A DNA stretch of 64,000 nt from Tubiluchus corallicola (Eukaryota; Animalia; Priapulida). The notes under the pieces were generated by a model. That model had not been told where the DNA came from, searched no databases, and was given only the letters and a program-made list of their open reading frames with translations. Numbering within the stretch: position 1 is the first letter of the stretch; every line of letters starts with the position of its first letter. This document shows positions 52,771-64,000 of the stretch, in pieces. Location of the stretch: NCBI GenBank assembly GCA_030141605.1, contig JAQGDQ010000204.1:186001-250000 (forward strand). The letters are read 5' to 3'. Made by a program: the position numbers and the translations under genes.

Positions 52771-53538
52771 CTATGATTTTGAGCTGGAAGTACTAGCTGC
52801 TGCTTGGTCAGTTGTAGCATGAGGCTGATTAACAACTAACTCAAATGATTTTTGGGGGTCCTCATCATGCTTCCAAGTCTTGTTCTCCAGCATTTGCGAC
52901 TGTTGTCTCGATTCTTCCCTACGAGCACTTAAGTAATACTCACTGACTGCATACTGATACTTCGGTGACGTAATACCAAAAAAGTATGCAAGACGTTCAC
53001 CAAGATAATCACATGCTGATAGTGTCTTGGAAGCTGCAAACGTAGTGTAATACCACATATATGGCAACCATTGTAATGTCTTTGGGTCAACAATAGGTGC
53101 CTGCATCAACTCTTTGGAGTCATCCTCTTCATCAGAGCTAAACTCTTCCAATGTGCCATCACTAAAATGCAGAATTTTACTTGGTGTTCGTATTTTCACC
53201 ATGTCAATATTAGCATCAGAAAACAGAACTCTTCCTTTTGTAGTCTCTCCAGACACTGCAGCTGAAATACTAGGTGCATGGATTTTTGCATCTTTTTCAC
53301 CACCAACAGCACTCGTTGAAATTGGCAACGTTACAGAAGGTTCGATATTATTTTTATTTGCAGCAGAGGCACCTGCATTGCTCTCAGCTGGACTTGGAGC
53401 CTGGGTTCTATCATCACTAGCCTCCACTTTATCAATTATGACCTTATTTGGAGCATCAGGTATAATGGGTGCCACATCGTTTTCAGCAAAGGGAGTGCTA
53501 AAGTCACAACTACTGACATTTTGCTTAGGTACCGCCAT
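52771..53538 (-). CDS. FAM177A1: FAM177 family protein (single coding exon)
   Basis: PSKILHFSDGTLEEFSSDEED...VDPKTLQWLPYMWY...TLSACDYLGERLAYFFGITSPKYQYAV is the FAM177 signature. The acceptor cttttattttcag| gives an exon start at 53597. Confidence 0.93.
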   Translation of the reverse strand: MAVPKQNVSSCDFSTPFAENDVAPIIPDAPNKVIIDKVEASDDRTQAPSPAESNAGASAANKNNIEPSVTLPISTSAVGGEKDAKIHAPSISAAVSGETTKGRVLFSDANIDMVKIRTPSKILHFSDGTLEEFSSDEEDDSKELMQAPIVDPKTLQWLPYMWYYTTFAASKTLSACDYLGERLAYFFGITSPKYQYAVSEYYLSARREESRQQSQMLENKTWKHDEDPQKSFELVVNQPHATTDQAAASTSSSKS

Positions 53539-55668
53539 AGTTCCGCCTGGTTACACTATTATAATTATCGTCACCAAAATAACGAGAATTTGGCTGCCTG
53601 AAAATAAAAGATATCATACAAGGCAAAAATCTTTAAAAAAATCTTGAAAAGTACATGTTTGTATAACAAAGCATTCAAAGGATAATAGGTTAACAGGCAG
53701 CATGCTTACTGTACAGTTGACAGCCCAGGTTATTCAATTCTGGTTTACCTGGTCTGGGTGCAGTAGGCAGATTCAAGCTACTTGCTATTCTTGCCAGATT
53801 TCAGTAATTATTAGGTTTTATATTCATTGTTCAATGTGCAGCCCATTAAAATATTGCATCATATATAGAGGGCTTTATAAATTAATAAGCTTAAACTTAT
53901 TCACACGCATACCAGCTATCCAAAATGTAGCTAATTATCCAATCATGCATACCTAGGTTCTAACACAGATAAGCGAGTTACAGAAAGCCTTTAATAGTTT
54001 TTAGGCTAGCTGTTAATAAGTAATGACGACACAGATGTTTGTTTTTTAAAATCTGGAGCAACCTCCTACTTACTGTAACTCGGCACTATGCTGAATAGTG
54101 AATTCTATATTACCACCATGCCACACATGTAACAATCATACTTGCTTAACAAACATTTTATTAAAACTAAAGTAAAGATGAAACTTTTATTCAGGTTACC
54201 ACATTTCAGTGTAATAAGCAATGACAAACATTATACTACAGTGCTTACTATCTGCAAAGGCTGGTTACTAAGCTATTTCAATAGCAAGGTACCTTAACTT
54301 TTTTCGAACACTGGCTAGTACAAATAACTAAGTTTATGAAAGTATTTAACAAAACTGAAAACCTTTTTTCTCAAATCTTTTTATCAGCAGTTCAAGCGCA
54401 AGCTGACAAATTATTGCAAATTTGAGTTTTATTCTTTTTTTGTATCTATTTATTTCTCAGTCTGTGCATTCTTCTCATTGCATTCACTTCTCTTGATCCT
54501 TTCTTGCACGTATGTTTCCTTTTGCTCAATTGACCTACAATAGAAAATTAATTGTTTATCAAATCAGCTACATATTAACTAATTTTGAATATAAATTAAT
54601 TTGGTAACTAGCAAATTTCATGAAACCAAGGGTGACATTTGCATTGGGCTATTTAGCATTGAGCTTTAGTTTCAGAACAGAGATTTCCACATTAATTATA
54701 AAATGCAAATTCACGCAGTCATGAATACACATACTGCATATGATAACAGTAAATGTTAATTAGCTCATAATGCATGTTTGAGTAATGTATGCTCGAGTAT
54801 CAATCTAAGACGTGAGATATCCTGGCTTGATGACAACTCACTAGTAAAAAATATGAATTTCTGCCAAATGTATTATTGTCACATATGAAAAAGATATCTT
54901 TAAAATATATTAATAGATTTGACATAATTATAATAACATATTATAGCTCTCAACTTCATATTGTTTTCATTGTACACAGTAGGACCTTGATTATTTTGAC
55001 AGTTCAGTACTGAGAGGTCAAAAAGTAAAGATAATCAAGAAAGTTCGGATAATCAGACTTACATAGTTTTCCTTAAAGTATAACCCATCTTTGCAACATC
55101 AGATGCAGAACTAGTAAAAAATATGTATATAATATTTTTACGCCTAGCCATTTTCCTCTGTTTAATCTTTACCAGTGATATTAACTGAAATAATTCATCT
55201 ATAGTTCAGAAAAAAATAAAAGAAATGCAAATGCTTAATGGGATATGACCACAGGTTTGGTCTTCAGAAATAAAAATTTACAGCATACGGAATTTGCGCA
55301 TTATTGGCACCTACTTCCCATTTAACAACTTCACCGTGAGCAAAATATCATGCTCATTTATGAAATTTATTTAATTTTGGAATGCGATGTTTCGAGTTGC
55401 ATTTAGCTATTGTCCACAAAGTCATAAACCAGGCATGTTGTTGCTAGTGAGCTTCATGCTATGCACACTAATGTAGTCAATGTTACACTTGCCACACAGA
55501 TTTCACTTGCAGGGGCTAAAATATTAGGTCATTTTTTTAGTTCATTTTTCCCTAGAAGAGGTTATTCTGCAAGACAACAGAAGCAAAAGAGGTGAGCATA
55601 TGCAAAATACCACAACACACTTTACACCCGCAGTAGGGGGTCAGTATCATATCAAGGTTAAATGGATG

Positions 55669-55848
55669 AAAACTATGAATTGTAGTTTTTATTATCTTGT
55701 CCAGATAGATTGGTCTGGATAACCCAATAAAACTGTGAATTGTAGTTTTTATTATCTTGTCCAGATAGATTGGTCTGGATAACCCAATAAAACTGTGAAT
55801 TGTAGTTTTTATTATCTTGTCCAGATAGATTGGTCTGGAAAACCCAAT
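55669..55848. repeat. Tandem minisatellite, 3 x 60 bp
   Basis: The unit aaaactgtgaattgtagtttttattatcttgtccagatagattggtctggataacccaat is repeated three times almost perfectly. Confidence 0.97.
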
Positions 55849-56762
55849 ATTTTGGTTCTCTAATTCACTTAATTTTCATAGCATATTCTGTTTTACTTGT
55901 ATGTTTTCTCTTGGATTTATTTATTTTTATTCTGCTTAATTTTGCTGTACTACAGCAATTCCATTATAGTTTGCTACCTTTTCACCAAAACCCCTGTGAC
56001 ACTTTTCTTCATTATCATATTTTTATAGATCCTAATCCATAATTATATGAGTAATTAGTCTTCTTTGTACTTTCATGTTTGCAAGGAAATATTTAAAAAT
56101 GTCTATGTTCATTATAACACATCTGCTAATAAGGGAATAAGATCATAAAACATAACTCGATCTACCTATTTCTCAAATAAGGTAATTTCAAATGGAGGTA
56201 TGATTTTAAGAAGCAAGATGAACACCCTAACCCATCTTCCGGCATCCATTTAGATTGATTTTATAAATTTTATCCGAATCAAACTATGTAATGAGTGTAA
56301 ATGCGAATTAACAACCTTACATCCAAAGTTAGGCCTACACCAACACGTAAATAATCTTTGACTGAGACAACGTTACTTTAGCTTAGTTCATATTTGCACA
56401 CGTGATAATAGTCACGTTTGCTTCATCATAAAGCTCTTTACTCAACAATCACACTTACAATACGAAATATCTTGCCAGAAAAACCCTGACTGAAATCAAG
56501 TCATTTATTTAATAACTGAGAAGGATTCTTACAAAGATCTTAAGGTAAAACGTACAGCTATAACAAAATCTTGGGATCTTGCGCACCGTCACTGGGCCGT
56601 CATTATCAATACGACAAACTTTCATATAGCTATTTAAACTGCTTGCATTCGCGAAAATAATTTCAAGCTTCTTGCACGACTAATACATCGATGCCCTGTA
56701 TACTTAGCATACGCGAGTGTCACTCCCATTTTCTTCTCCCTATTCACCATCATGTTTGTGTT

Positions 56763-57070
56763 CAGCGGCGGATTATGATTTTATAGGCCTTAGGCTTGAG
56801 CTTGGAACGGGCCTTTTAAATGTTGCTACATTGCTGAGCTGACGTGTTTTTGTGTAACTGAATTGTGTAAACTTGATTTGTGTAAACTTGAATTGAAATA
56901 TAGTGACTGACTTTTGAAAAAAAACCTTTTTTCTATATTTTATTTTGGCGGGCCCCTTGCTCTTTTGTCAATTTATTTTTTTTTACAAACAAAATTTTTT
57001 TCGTTTTATTTTGCCGGGCCCCTTTTGATCCCGGGCCTTAGGCTTCAGCCTATAGGGCCATCCGCTACAG
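56763..57070. mobile_element. hAT-like MITE with 8-bp target-site duplication
   Basis: The ends cagcggcggat ... atccgctacag form an imperfect TIR. An identical tttgtgtt lies at 56755-56762 and 57071-57078. Confidence 0.8.
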
Positions 57071-57099
57071 TTTGTGTTCATTCGTCAGAAGACATAACA

Positions 57100-58150
57100 C
57101 TATTAACCTTCTGCCGCCAAGCGCTTCGTTCTTTAACTTGGCGTACCTTTCAGATGTTCCACTATAAGTAATGTGCCGCCTCTTGGTTTCCTTTTTATTG
57201 GATTGATTTATGGAAAGCTTTAATAAGTGGAGTATCTTATGGTAACCTTAGAGCAAGTCTTCTGCGTTTAATTGTGGTGGTCAATTTTTCTTCCTTGATT
57301 TAATTGTACAAATCTTTGTAGGTTATAACTTTTGGCCATTTTATCTCCAGTAATGATCTGTCTAAATCTCTTAGAAAGATGTCAATCTCTATTTGATAAT
57401 TTACTTTCTAGGTCCACAGGTCCATGTATAGGAATATGGATGATACAAAGGTGTTGAAGATTCAAAAATTGAGAAGTTTTGAGAATGCCGGCAGTGCTAA
57501 CATTTCTCTTCTTTTGATGCCTTCCCCAGTGCCTAATAGACTTCCTAAGAAATTACATTTCTGCCAGGCTTCATCAACTTTATATTTTATATGGAACTCC
57601 TCAGTTTTGCTCTTGTTAACTTTTATGTTCATTTCTTTAAACTTTCCAGGAACTGTTGTTTTAAAACATCTATATCTTCTTTCGTTTTGTGCCAACAAAG
57701 AAATATCATCAGCATACTGCATTTCGATATAGCAATGATGCTCTTCTAGATGTTGGGTGGTACAATTTCTGAATCTAGATGGTGATCTTGCGAATATGAT
57801 CTAGACTTCTACTTCAAAATTTTCCAGGGGAGCACTAACAAGGTGAATCTCATCATCTTCTAGAATTGTTTCTAAGGAATTCAACGTTTTTCTTTTAGCA
57901 GTGTCAAAAGCTTTGTCTTCAGCAAATTCCATATTTTATTGGCATTTTTTATTCCAACTCTTTAGCTAGGATTTTCTGTTCCAAATGTTCCTTATATGCA
58001 TTTCAAGTATTTCCATCGTTAAGTTTGTCTAGATTGACCTTTGTATGATTGCACTTTTGTGGCTTCAATTTTGACCATTTGGAAAATTTTACCATTACTA
58101 AAGAGTGATCTGTGTCTGTATTTGTACCTGAGTAAGACCTTTAATTTACT
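57100..58150 (-). mobile_element. Decayed RTE-like LINE RT fragment
   Basis: MQYADDISLL...NIKVNKSKTE...CNFLGSLL...IKRREMLALPAFSKL, with AFDT and ETILEDDEIHL upstream in broken frames. Confidence 0.8.
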
Positions 58151-60288
58151 GCTTTTGTAACAATGAACACATAATGGCTAATAAGCTGGCCCATTGCCTA
58201 TCAATTGTTACATTGTTACCCATAATCTTGCCATTACTATCCCTTAATTTAACGTACTTATATAAATAACTGCTCAAGTAATGTTTTATTACAGTCGCAT
58301 AGCTTATTTCCTGGCTTTAATTTAATTGTGTATTGCTCAGGTGTTTATAAAGTTTCACTAACTTGCTTAACGAGTGTTCTTCTCAAAGTGCTTCAGTGAT
58401 TTCAAATATTTTTGTGTTACGTTAAATTACTGCCCAAATACCTAATTTTTTTTATTTGATTTTCGAAACCTCGCCTTTACAGTTGCTTTGAAACTTACCA
58501 GATTCTTCTATAATTAAATTTCATACTCGATACCAACATTCCTTATTATTTCATACATACCAGCATTGAACAATCAGCAAATCTTGCGATCTGACCAGCT
58601 TGGACTATGACGCTGGTGTATGCTGGGCAGCGTGAATGCCGTGAAGGCAAGCTGTGTGAAGGTACGCAAAATTTTTACAGTTTGCTTAGAAGTTCCGCTA
58701 ATCTAATGTTGAGTTTAAATGTATGTATCTAGAAATTAGTCATTCATAATTAGTCAATTATGATCAAATTTAAAATAGTTACATTGGTTTAATCTACAGG
58801 ATTACACGTTAAAATGTGTAAGTAATTAACATTAATTGTGTAAATAATTAAATGACAGATTTTTGTTGACTTTTAGATACGCTTGTAAACTTGACAACAC
58901 GTAGCAGGTGCCGGGCTGGTTACTTAGTTTATAGAGTTCGCTGTATAAGTTAAAAAAATATTACTGAAGCACCTGGCAGAGTGTTTACATTGCACGGAAA
59001 CCGAGTGACGCCATCTTTTGTCTAAAACGCGCCCAAGCGTGAATTCCTCACGACTTTAAATTAATTTTACTAATTACACGAGATGCTTATCACAATTTTA
59101 TTGCTGGAACTTTCTAACATTTTCCCCAAATATTAAAATAACCTCAACTTCCTGAGAGACTTGACTTTTGCTTTAACTGATTAAGAGATAGGTCAGATTG
59201 GCAATTTAGTTACGCGTAAATTTAATTTAGTTAGCTCTACGTACGAAATGTTTAAGAAATTGGAACCGTTATTCCCCTGCAAGAGAAGAAGAAAAAGGAA
59301 AACCGTTGTTTCCAGCAAAATTCCAAAGAAATGCACGAGATAATTACGAATTCACAATAATAGAGATTTTGTTCCAGGCGGGAAATGAATGGCTGATCAC
59401 AATGACCATATAGATGAGAATGAATGACAATAGCTGCGACGAGACTCGGACAGAAACTTTATTTGTGAAGAACCGCATCTAACGTGTAAAGACAATGACA
59501 ACGAGGCATTTTTGCAAATTTATTACAATTTAATGACGTTTGGGAGCTGCGCATTTTTTCATCATTATTATCATATTATTATCATTAAATTAGTTAAAAC
59601 CGAAAAATTAACCGAGTGCGATTAAATAACAGCTTTTTAAACCGCTGAATTTGTATAATATATCTATCCAACTTTAATAAAAGAACACACTACAAAACTT
59701 ATTGTTAAGTTTATTAACAATACTCTAACGCTTTGAGAACTATACTGCCAATATTGTTTTAATAATGTCATATATATATATATATATATGCACAGTTACA
59801 CTGTCGAGTAAAATGCATCACCTACACGTTTTTATCGTATTCAACTAAAAACAAATTGACTGGCCTGCAGTTCAGCTTTGTAAATAAAACAAAACATTTA
59901 AAAATTAACATAGAAACAACAAACAAGATAATAGTATTATTTCACAACTAACAAACCGCCAAGACGTCGATTAAACAACTAAACTCATTTAACAGCTAAA
60001 GTTAAAAGACCTTTACGGCTGTTTCTTTTCGAGCAATATCGAGCAACCTAAATTAACAGTTGTCTACATTACAAATTGGGCTTCCATAAGTTCAGCAGAC
60101 TTGAATAAATCGAAACGTTTAAATGGTAAAACTTTTTCAAGACAACGACAGATAAGTTTAACGAACAATAATAATTGTTTAATATACTTGGAGAGCATTT
60201 AAAACGCAATATGGTCTATATGCATATATACTTGCCCACTATAAAATACAATGCATCCTATAATAATTGCAATATAATATGAAAATAA

Positions 60289-60590
60289 TTACAGAGACGA
60301 AGTAGGTGAACCCAGAGAAGAGAGAGAGTCAGACGAAGGTTGGTAATCACTGACAGATCCGCATTTCGCAAGTTGTTGCCGGCTTCTCCGAGAAATGATC
60401 ATTTCCGGCAAAAACTCCGGATGTCGTCGGGCATGTTTCATCAGATGGTCACTACGCATAAAACGCTTCTCGCACAAAGGACATTCAAACTGTTTTTCTC
60501 CAGTGTGAGTCCGTGTGTGTCTGGTCAACTCGTCTGACCGAGCAAACTTTTTGCTGCACCCCTCCCATTTACACGAGAATGGTCGCTCAC
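60289..60590 (-). CDS. KLF13-like: KLF9/13/14/16-type factor, exon 2 (zinc fingers 2-3)
   Basis: ttttcgtag| [57 protein letters not shown]; phase 1 entry, in frame with exon 1. Confidence 0.95.
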
Positions 60591-62377
60591 CTACGAAAAT
60601 GAATAAAACCTCATTCATTTGACTCATTTTTATAATTAGTGTTACCTAGAGAAAATGTTAGCGGTGTATCTCAGTTATATGCACCACAGAATAAAAATAG
60701 TTGGCGTTAGCATGAAGCCTAGTTAGGTTGTTTCTTCTGTTTTTGGCACATATGCAGAACGATAACCACAAAAAGATCAGTGGTGACAAAAAATAGGAAC
60801 AGACGACGATGTGCCTCACTGCTTACTTTCAGGCTATAGCGTTGCACTTTGATGTGTTATCTTGATCACATTTAAACTAAAAGAACACGGTGAATAGCTT
60901 CACAAAATTCAGTTGCGCTAGCGTCATGGTCAAACATATGTTATAAATTTACGTGACCTTGAGATTTTTTAATGCAATGAGACCTATTTGACTCAAAGTC
61001 GTGAATGTAAGTTCGATTGTGGCCTAAGCAATATGAAAAAATAAAATCCGTTACCACTGGCTCAAAAAATTACAAGAGTTTATCGAATTAAAGGAAAGCA
61101 ATATACTGTGATTGATGCATTCAACCTGCCTGGCAGCTTTATATTTAAGCCAACTTCACGTTATAAGCAATATTATTCTCGCTGTTGTAGTCATCACCAT
61201 TATCATCGTCATCGATCAACATCTTTGTTTTTGTCATTTTCAAAGACGTATATAAGTGAATGAATAACGATTAGTGACATTAGCAATACATTTGCAACTA
61301 AATGTTGTGCAGTATTTCCATCAGACATTGCAAACATTATAATGACATTGACGTTTGACCTTTGACCTTTCTTGGAGATTTTCGCCGCATTGATTCTAGG
61401 CAATATTAGCGCATTCATTCCTAATTTTAGTGTGGCGTGACCATTTGACTTTGTCGCCAGTATTATGTCCCACGTTTGTGCTTCGTTTCAGGAGCCCGGG
61501 ACAAAAGTGATTGGTTATTAAATTTTGGAGGCCAAAAACATGCATCTGGGTTTGCCTATGTATGTAAACTCATTACTGATTCGTGAAGAGCTGTTTTTCT
61601 GTATGTTGTTCTTAATTATTAATGAAGCCTATTTACATTAAGCAGCAAACTGATCTTACTTTCAGCTTTCGGGCTCAAAGGCGCGATCAGCTGCGGCCAG
61701 CTGACGACCAGCTAGCTTGACCTATTTAACCTGCTGGTTAAGTCTTGCAGCTAATTCAGCTTTTACTTTAAACACCTGTCGGAAAATGTTTGGCGCCGTT
61801 GCTAGGTGAAACAGAACAACTTTAGCCAGTACTAGAGAACAAAGAGCTCACAAGCAAGAAAACAGAGCAAAGAAAAAACCTTGCAGCTCCCGCCAGTTAT
61901 TAATCCGTATGTCAGGACTACGCCCACCTCTTTGTTGCTATAAAATACACGTATGCATGCTAAGAGAAACTTTGGTGTGAGAATTTTGTTAATGAAAGCG
62001 TGAAACTACTATTTCATTAAATGTCTTCTTATAGCATAGCAAATTTGCACAAATGGACTTTGTAATTATTGACTCATTGCTACTCTGTCTAGTTTCTACT
62101 ACAAAAACGCATAAAAGCACTCTTGTGCAAAATATGAAACGATTGCGCAAGAGAGCTGAACACGTGTACTATCCGTATGACGAAACAAATTCAATACCAA
62201 CGTAATTACACTAATTATTACAATAAATGGGCCTATGAAAATGAAAGCAAAGCGTTACCTATTCCTATAATCTAAGAAATTAGCAATATCATTAATACAC
62301 CTTTGTCAGAAATATAAATGCAATTATGAATATTTAACGTGGAGCTAAATTAGCAGCAAAATAATTTTTAATCTTAC

Positions 62378-62783
62378 CGGTATGCGTTCTTACGTGGGCT
62401 TTTAAATGTGAGCCCTTTCCATAAGTTTTGTTGCATCCTTCAAACGGGCACTCGTATGCGGTCGCTTTGTCTTGTTCTGTTCCAGGGTGAGACGGCCGCC
62501 CCCCTGCACGCCTATATGCTTTCCTAGTCCAGGGGTAGCGCCTATCAGGCGACTCGCACAAATCGAATGGCGTATTGGGCACAGGTTCCTGCTTTATACG
62601 GGCCAAGTCGGCCAGTATTCGGGCTACCATATCCAACGTTGGTTGCACAGTGCCCGGAGGTTTGTCAGGGGGACTAGGTGAGCATTTATTGTCAGAATGT
62701 GTTACAAAATGACCTCCGTTTGAAATAGCTAGTAGGCAGTCAGCAGCCAAGTTCATCTCATAATCTGGATAAAACTGAGACAT
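62378..62783 (-). CDS. KLF13-like: KLF9/13/14/16-type factor, exon 1 (SID and zinc finger 1)
   Basis: Sin3-interaction motif AADCLLAIS, the MVARILADL motif as in KLF13, and finger CPFEGCNKTYGKGSHLKAHVRTH. Donor g|gtaaga at 62378/62377. The joined CDS is 235 aa. Confidence 0.93.
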
Positions 62784-62929
62784 CGTAACACGATCTTTAT
62801 GCTGAAGATATATAAATCCTACTACACGTAACAAGACTGTTTAGCAAAGTAGACTGCTCGTAGGCTGCCCGCTCAGCAACCTTCTTTGTTCAGTCTTACG
62901 CCGGCAACTATTGACACATTTCACTGCAG

Positions 62930-62957
62930 TGTGACGTCGCGTGAACGGGTGGGCGTT
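62930..62957. promoter_or_regulatory. CRE-like and GC/GT-box motifs upstream of the KLF gene
   Basis: TGACGTCG and GGGTGGGCG lie about 150-170 bp upstream of the ATG. This is a motif match only. Confidence 0.35.
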
Positions 62958-64000
62958 TCTAATGTTCGGGAACTCGTGTATAGCATCTACAAAACGGGGC
63001 GTTAACTTCCGAAAAGATTTCTTAAGTACGGGTAACACTCTGGGCATTTTCTTTCCCGCAATCATGTTCATCACAATATCGTTGGCGAAAACATAAGCTT
63101 CTATGCAATTTGCTTGCGCCTTTAGGTTCAATGCCTTATTTATGTAATTATAGATAAAAGCACTGAATATTTGGATTTGCATTCGTACAGCGCTATAAAT
63201 TTTAATTGCCGAAAGACCTGTTGAGCTTGCAGTATGCACTCTATGGCGGGAAACTACTTAAAGCAGTATGATGGCAGAAGTCTGGTATTAAAGTTTAATT
63301 AAATTTGGGCTTTTAACATCATTAATAACAACCTTAACAATGAGACTGTGGTAATTAAAAGAAAGCCCACGTTAGGCTTCAAACTTATCGAACTCAAGCT
63401 TTATTTTTTTGCATTCTTTGTGGCATTATACGTATAACTCTGTGCCTGTGGTATTCACTTGCTACAGGATAACCTGGGTGCTATAAATTAAGCAAACTTG
63501 AATATTAAAATGTTAAAATGGCCTTATCAATACATGTTACCGTTTACTGGACAACCAGTCAGCCGTTTTCCATATCTGTATCTACACTGGTTGGTAAAAT
63601 GCCATACCAAGACAAGAAAGCCTATAAGATAAGATACTTTAACGCACCAAGACTTTAGTTATAAATTTAAGTTGAACCTTTAAAGCGACATTTTCTTATA
63701 ACTATCATAGGGAATTAGTGAAAGTATAAACTTACCGCTAAATTATTATATATTAAAAAGTCTGATAAAGTTGTGACAAAATCGCGAAAAGAATTCAACA
63801 ACATTGCCGCTCACATATTCTACATGCGACTTATTTAAGTCTCTGATAACGTACTTTTTTGCACTAGTGTAATTTTTTCGCCTTTTTCTTTCTTTCTCTT
63901 TTCTTCTTGTGCTTTTCACACATTTAACAAATTAAATTTCCAAGAAAGGAAAAGATGTCAGGCACAAACACATGTGAGCGCTGAGGCACTCGCATTCTGG

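Noticed and set aside
53114-53647. 177-aa plus-strand ORF
   Set aside because: Antisense shadow of the FAM177 CDS with no recognisable motif.
55669-55848. CRISPR-like array
   Set aside because: Three contiguous 60-bp units with no unique spacers, no cas genes and a eukaryotic context.
56375-56435. Intronic box C/D snoRNA (minus-strand ATGATGA with short terminal stem)
   Set aside because: There is no CTGA D box (CTAA instead) and the spacing is short.
56530-56603. In-frame TGA (MTAQ*RCARS, minus strand) as selenocysteine
   Set aside because: No recognisable selenoprotein fold or SECIS element. A plain stop is simpler.

Overview
AT-rich, intron-containing animal (probably invertebrate) genomic DNA; no prokaryotic features or CRISPR array. 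Three conserved genes lie in the right third: a 4-coding-exon C2CD4-like protein with two C2 domains (+, 40089-49676), a FAM177-family gene with an uninterrupted CDS (-, 52771-53538) and a 2-exon KLF9/13/14/16-type zinc-finger gene (-, 60289-62783). The most novel protein-coding signal is a pair of paralogous, apparently secreted Cys-rich peptides (-, 28800-29123 and 33725-34015). They share KPxHEEESIxxCRN...ELxxCICxxxC...DSxGQCDC and the same gene architecture, and I cannot assign them to a known family. The rest is rich in repeats: decayed LINEs (L1/Tx1-like, CR1/L2-group, RTE-like), a Tc1 relic, a 5S-rRNA-headed SINE, hAT- and pogo-type MITEs, a foldback element, a 1.18-kb tandem duplication, microsatellites, and two long palindromes built from a decayed hammerhead-ribozyme-like (Penelope-type) unit. 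All calls were made by eye; no database searches were run.
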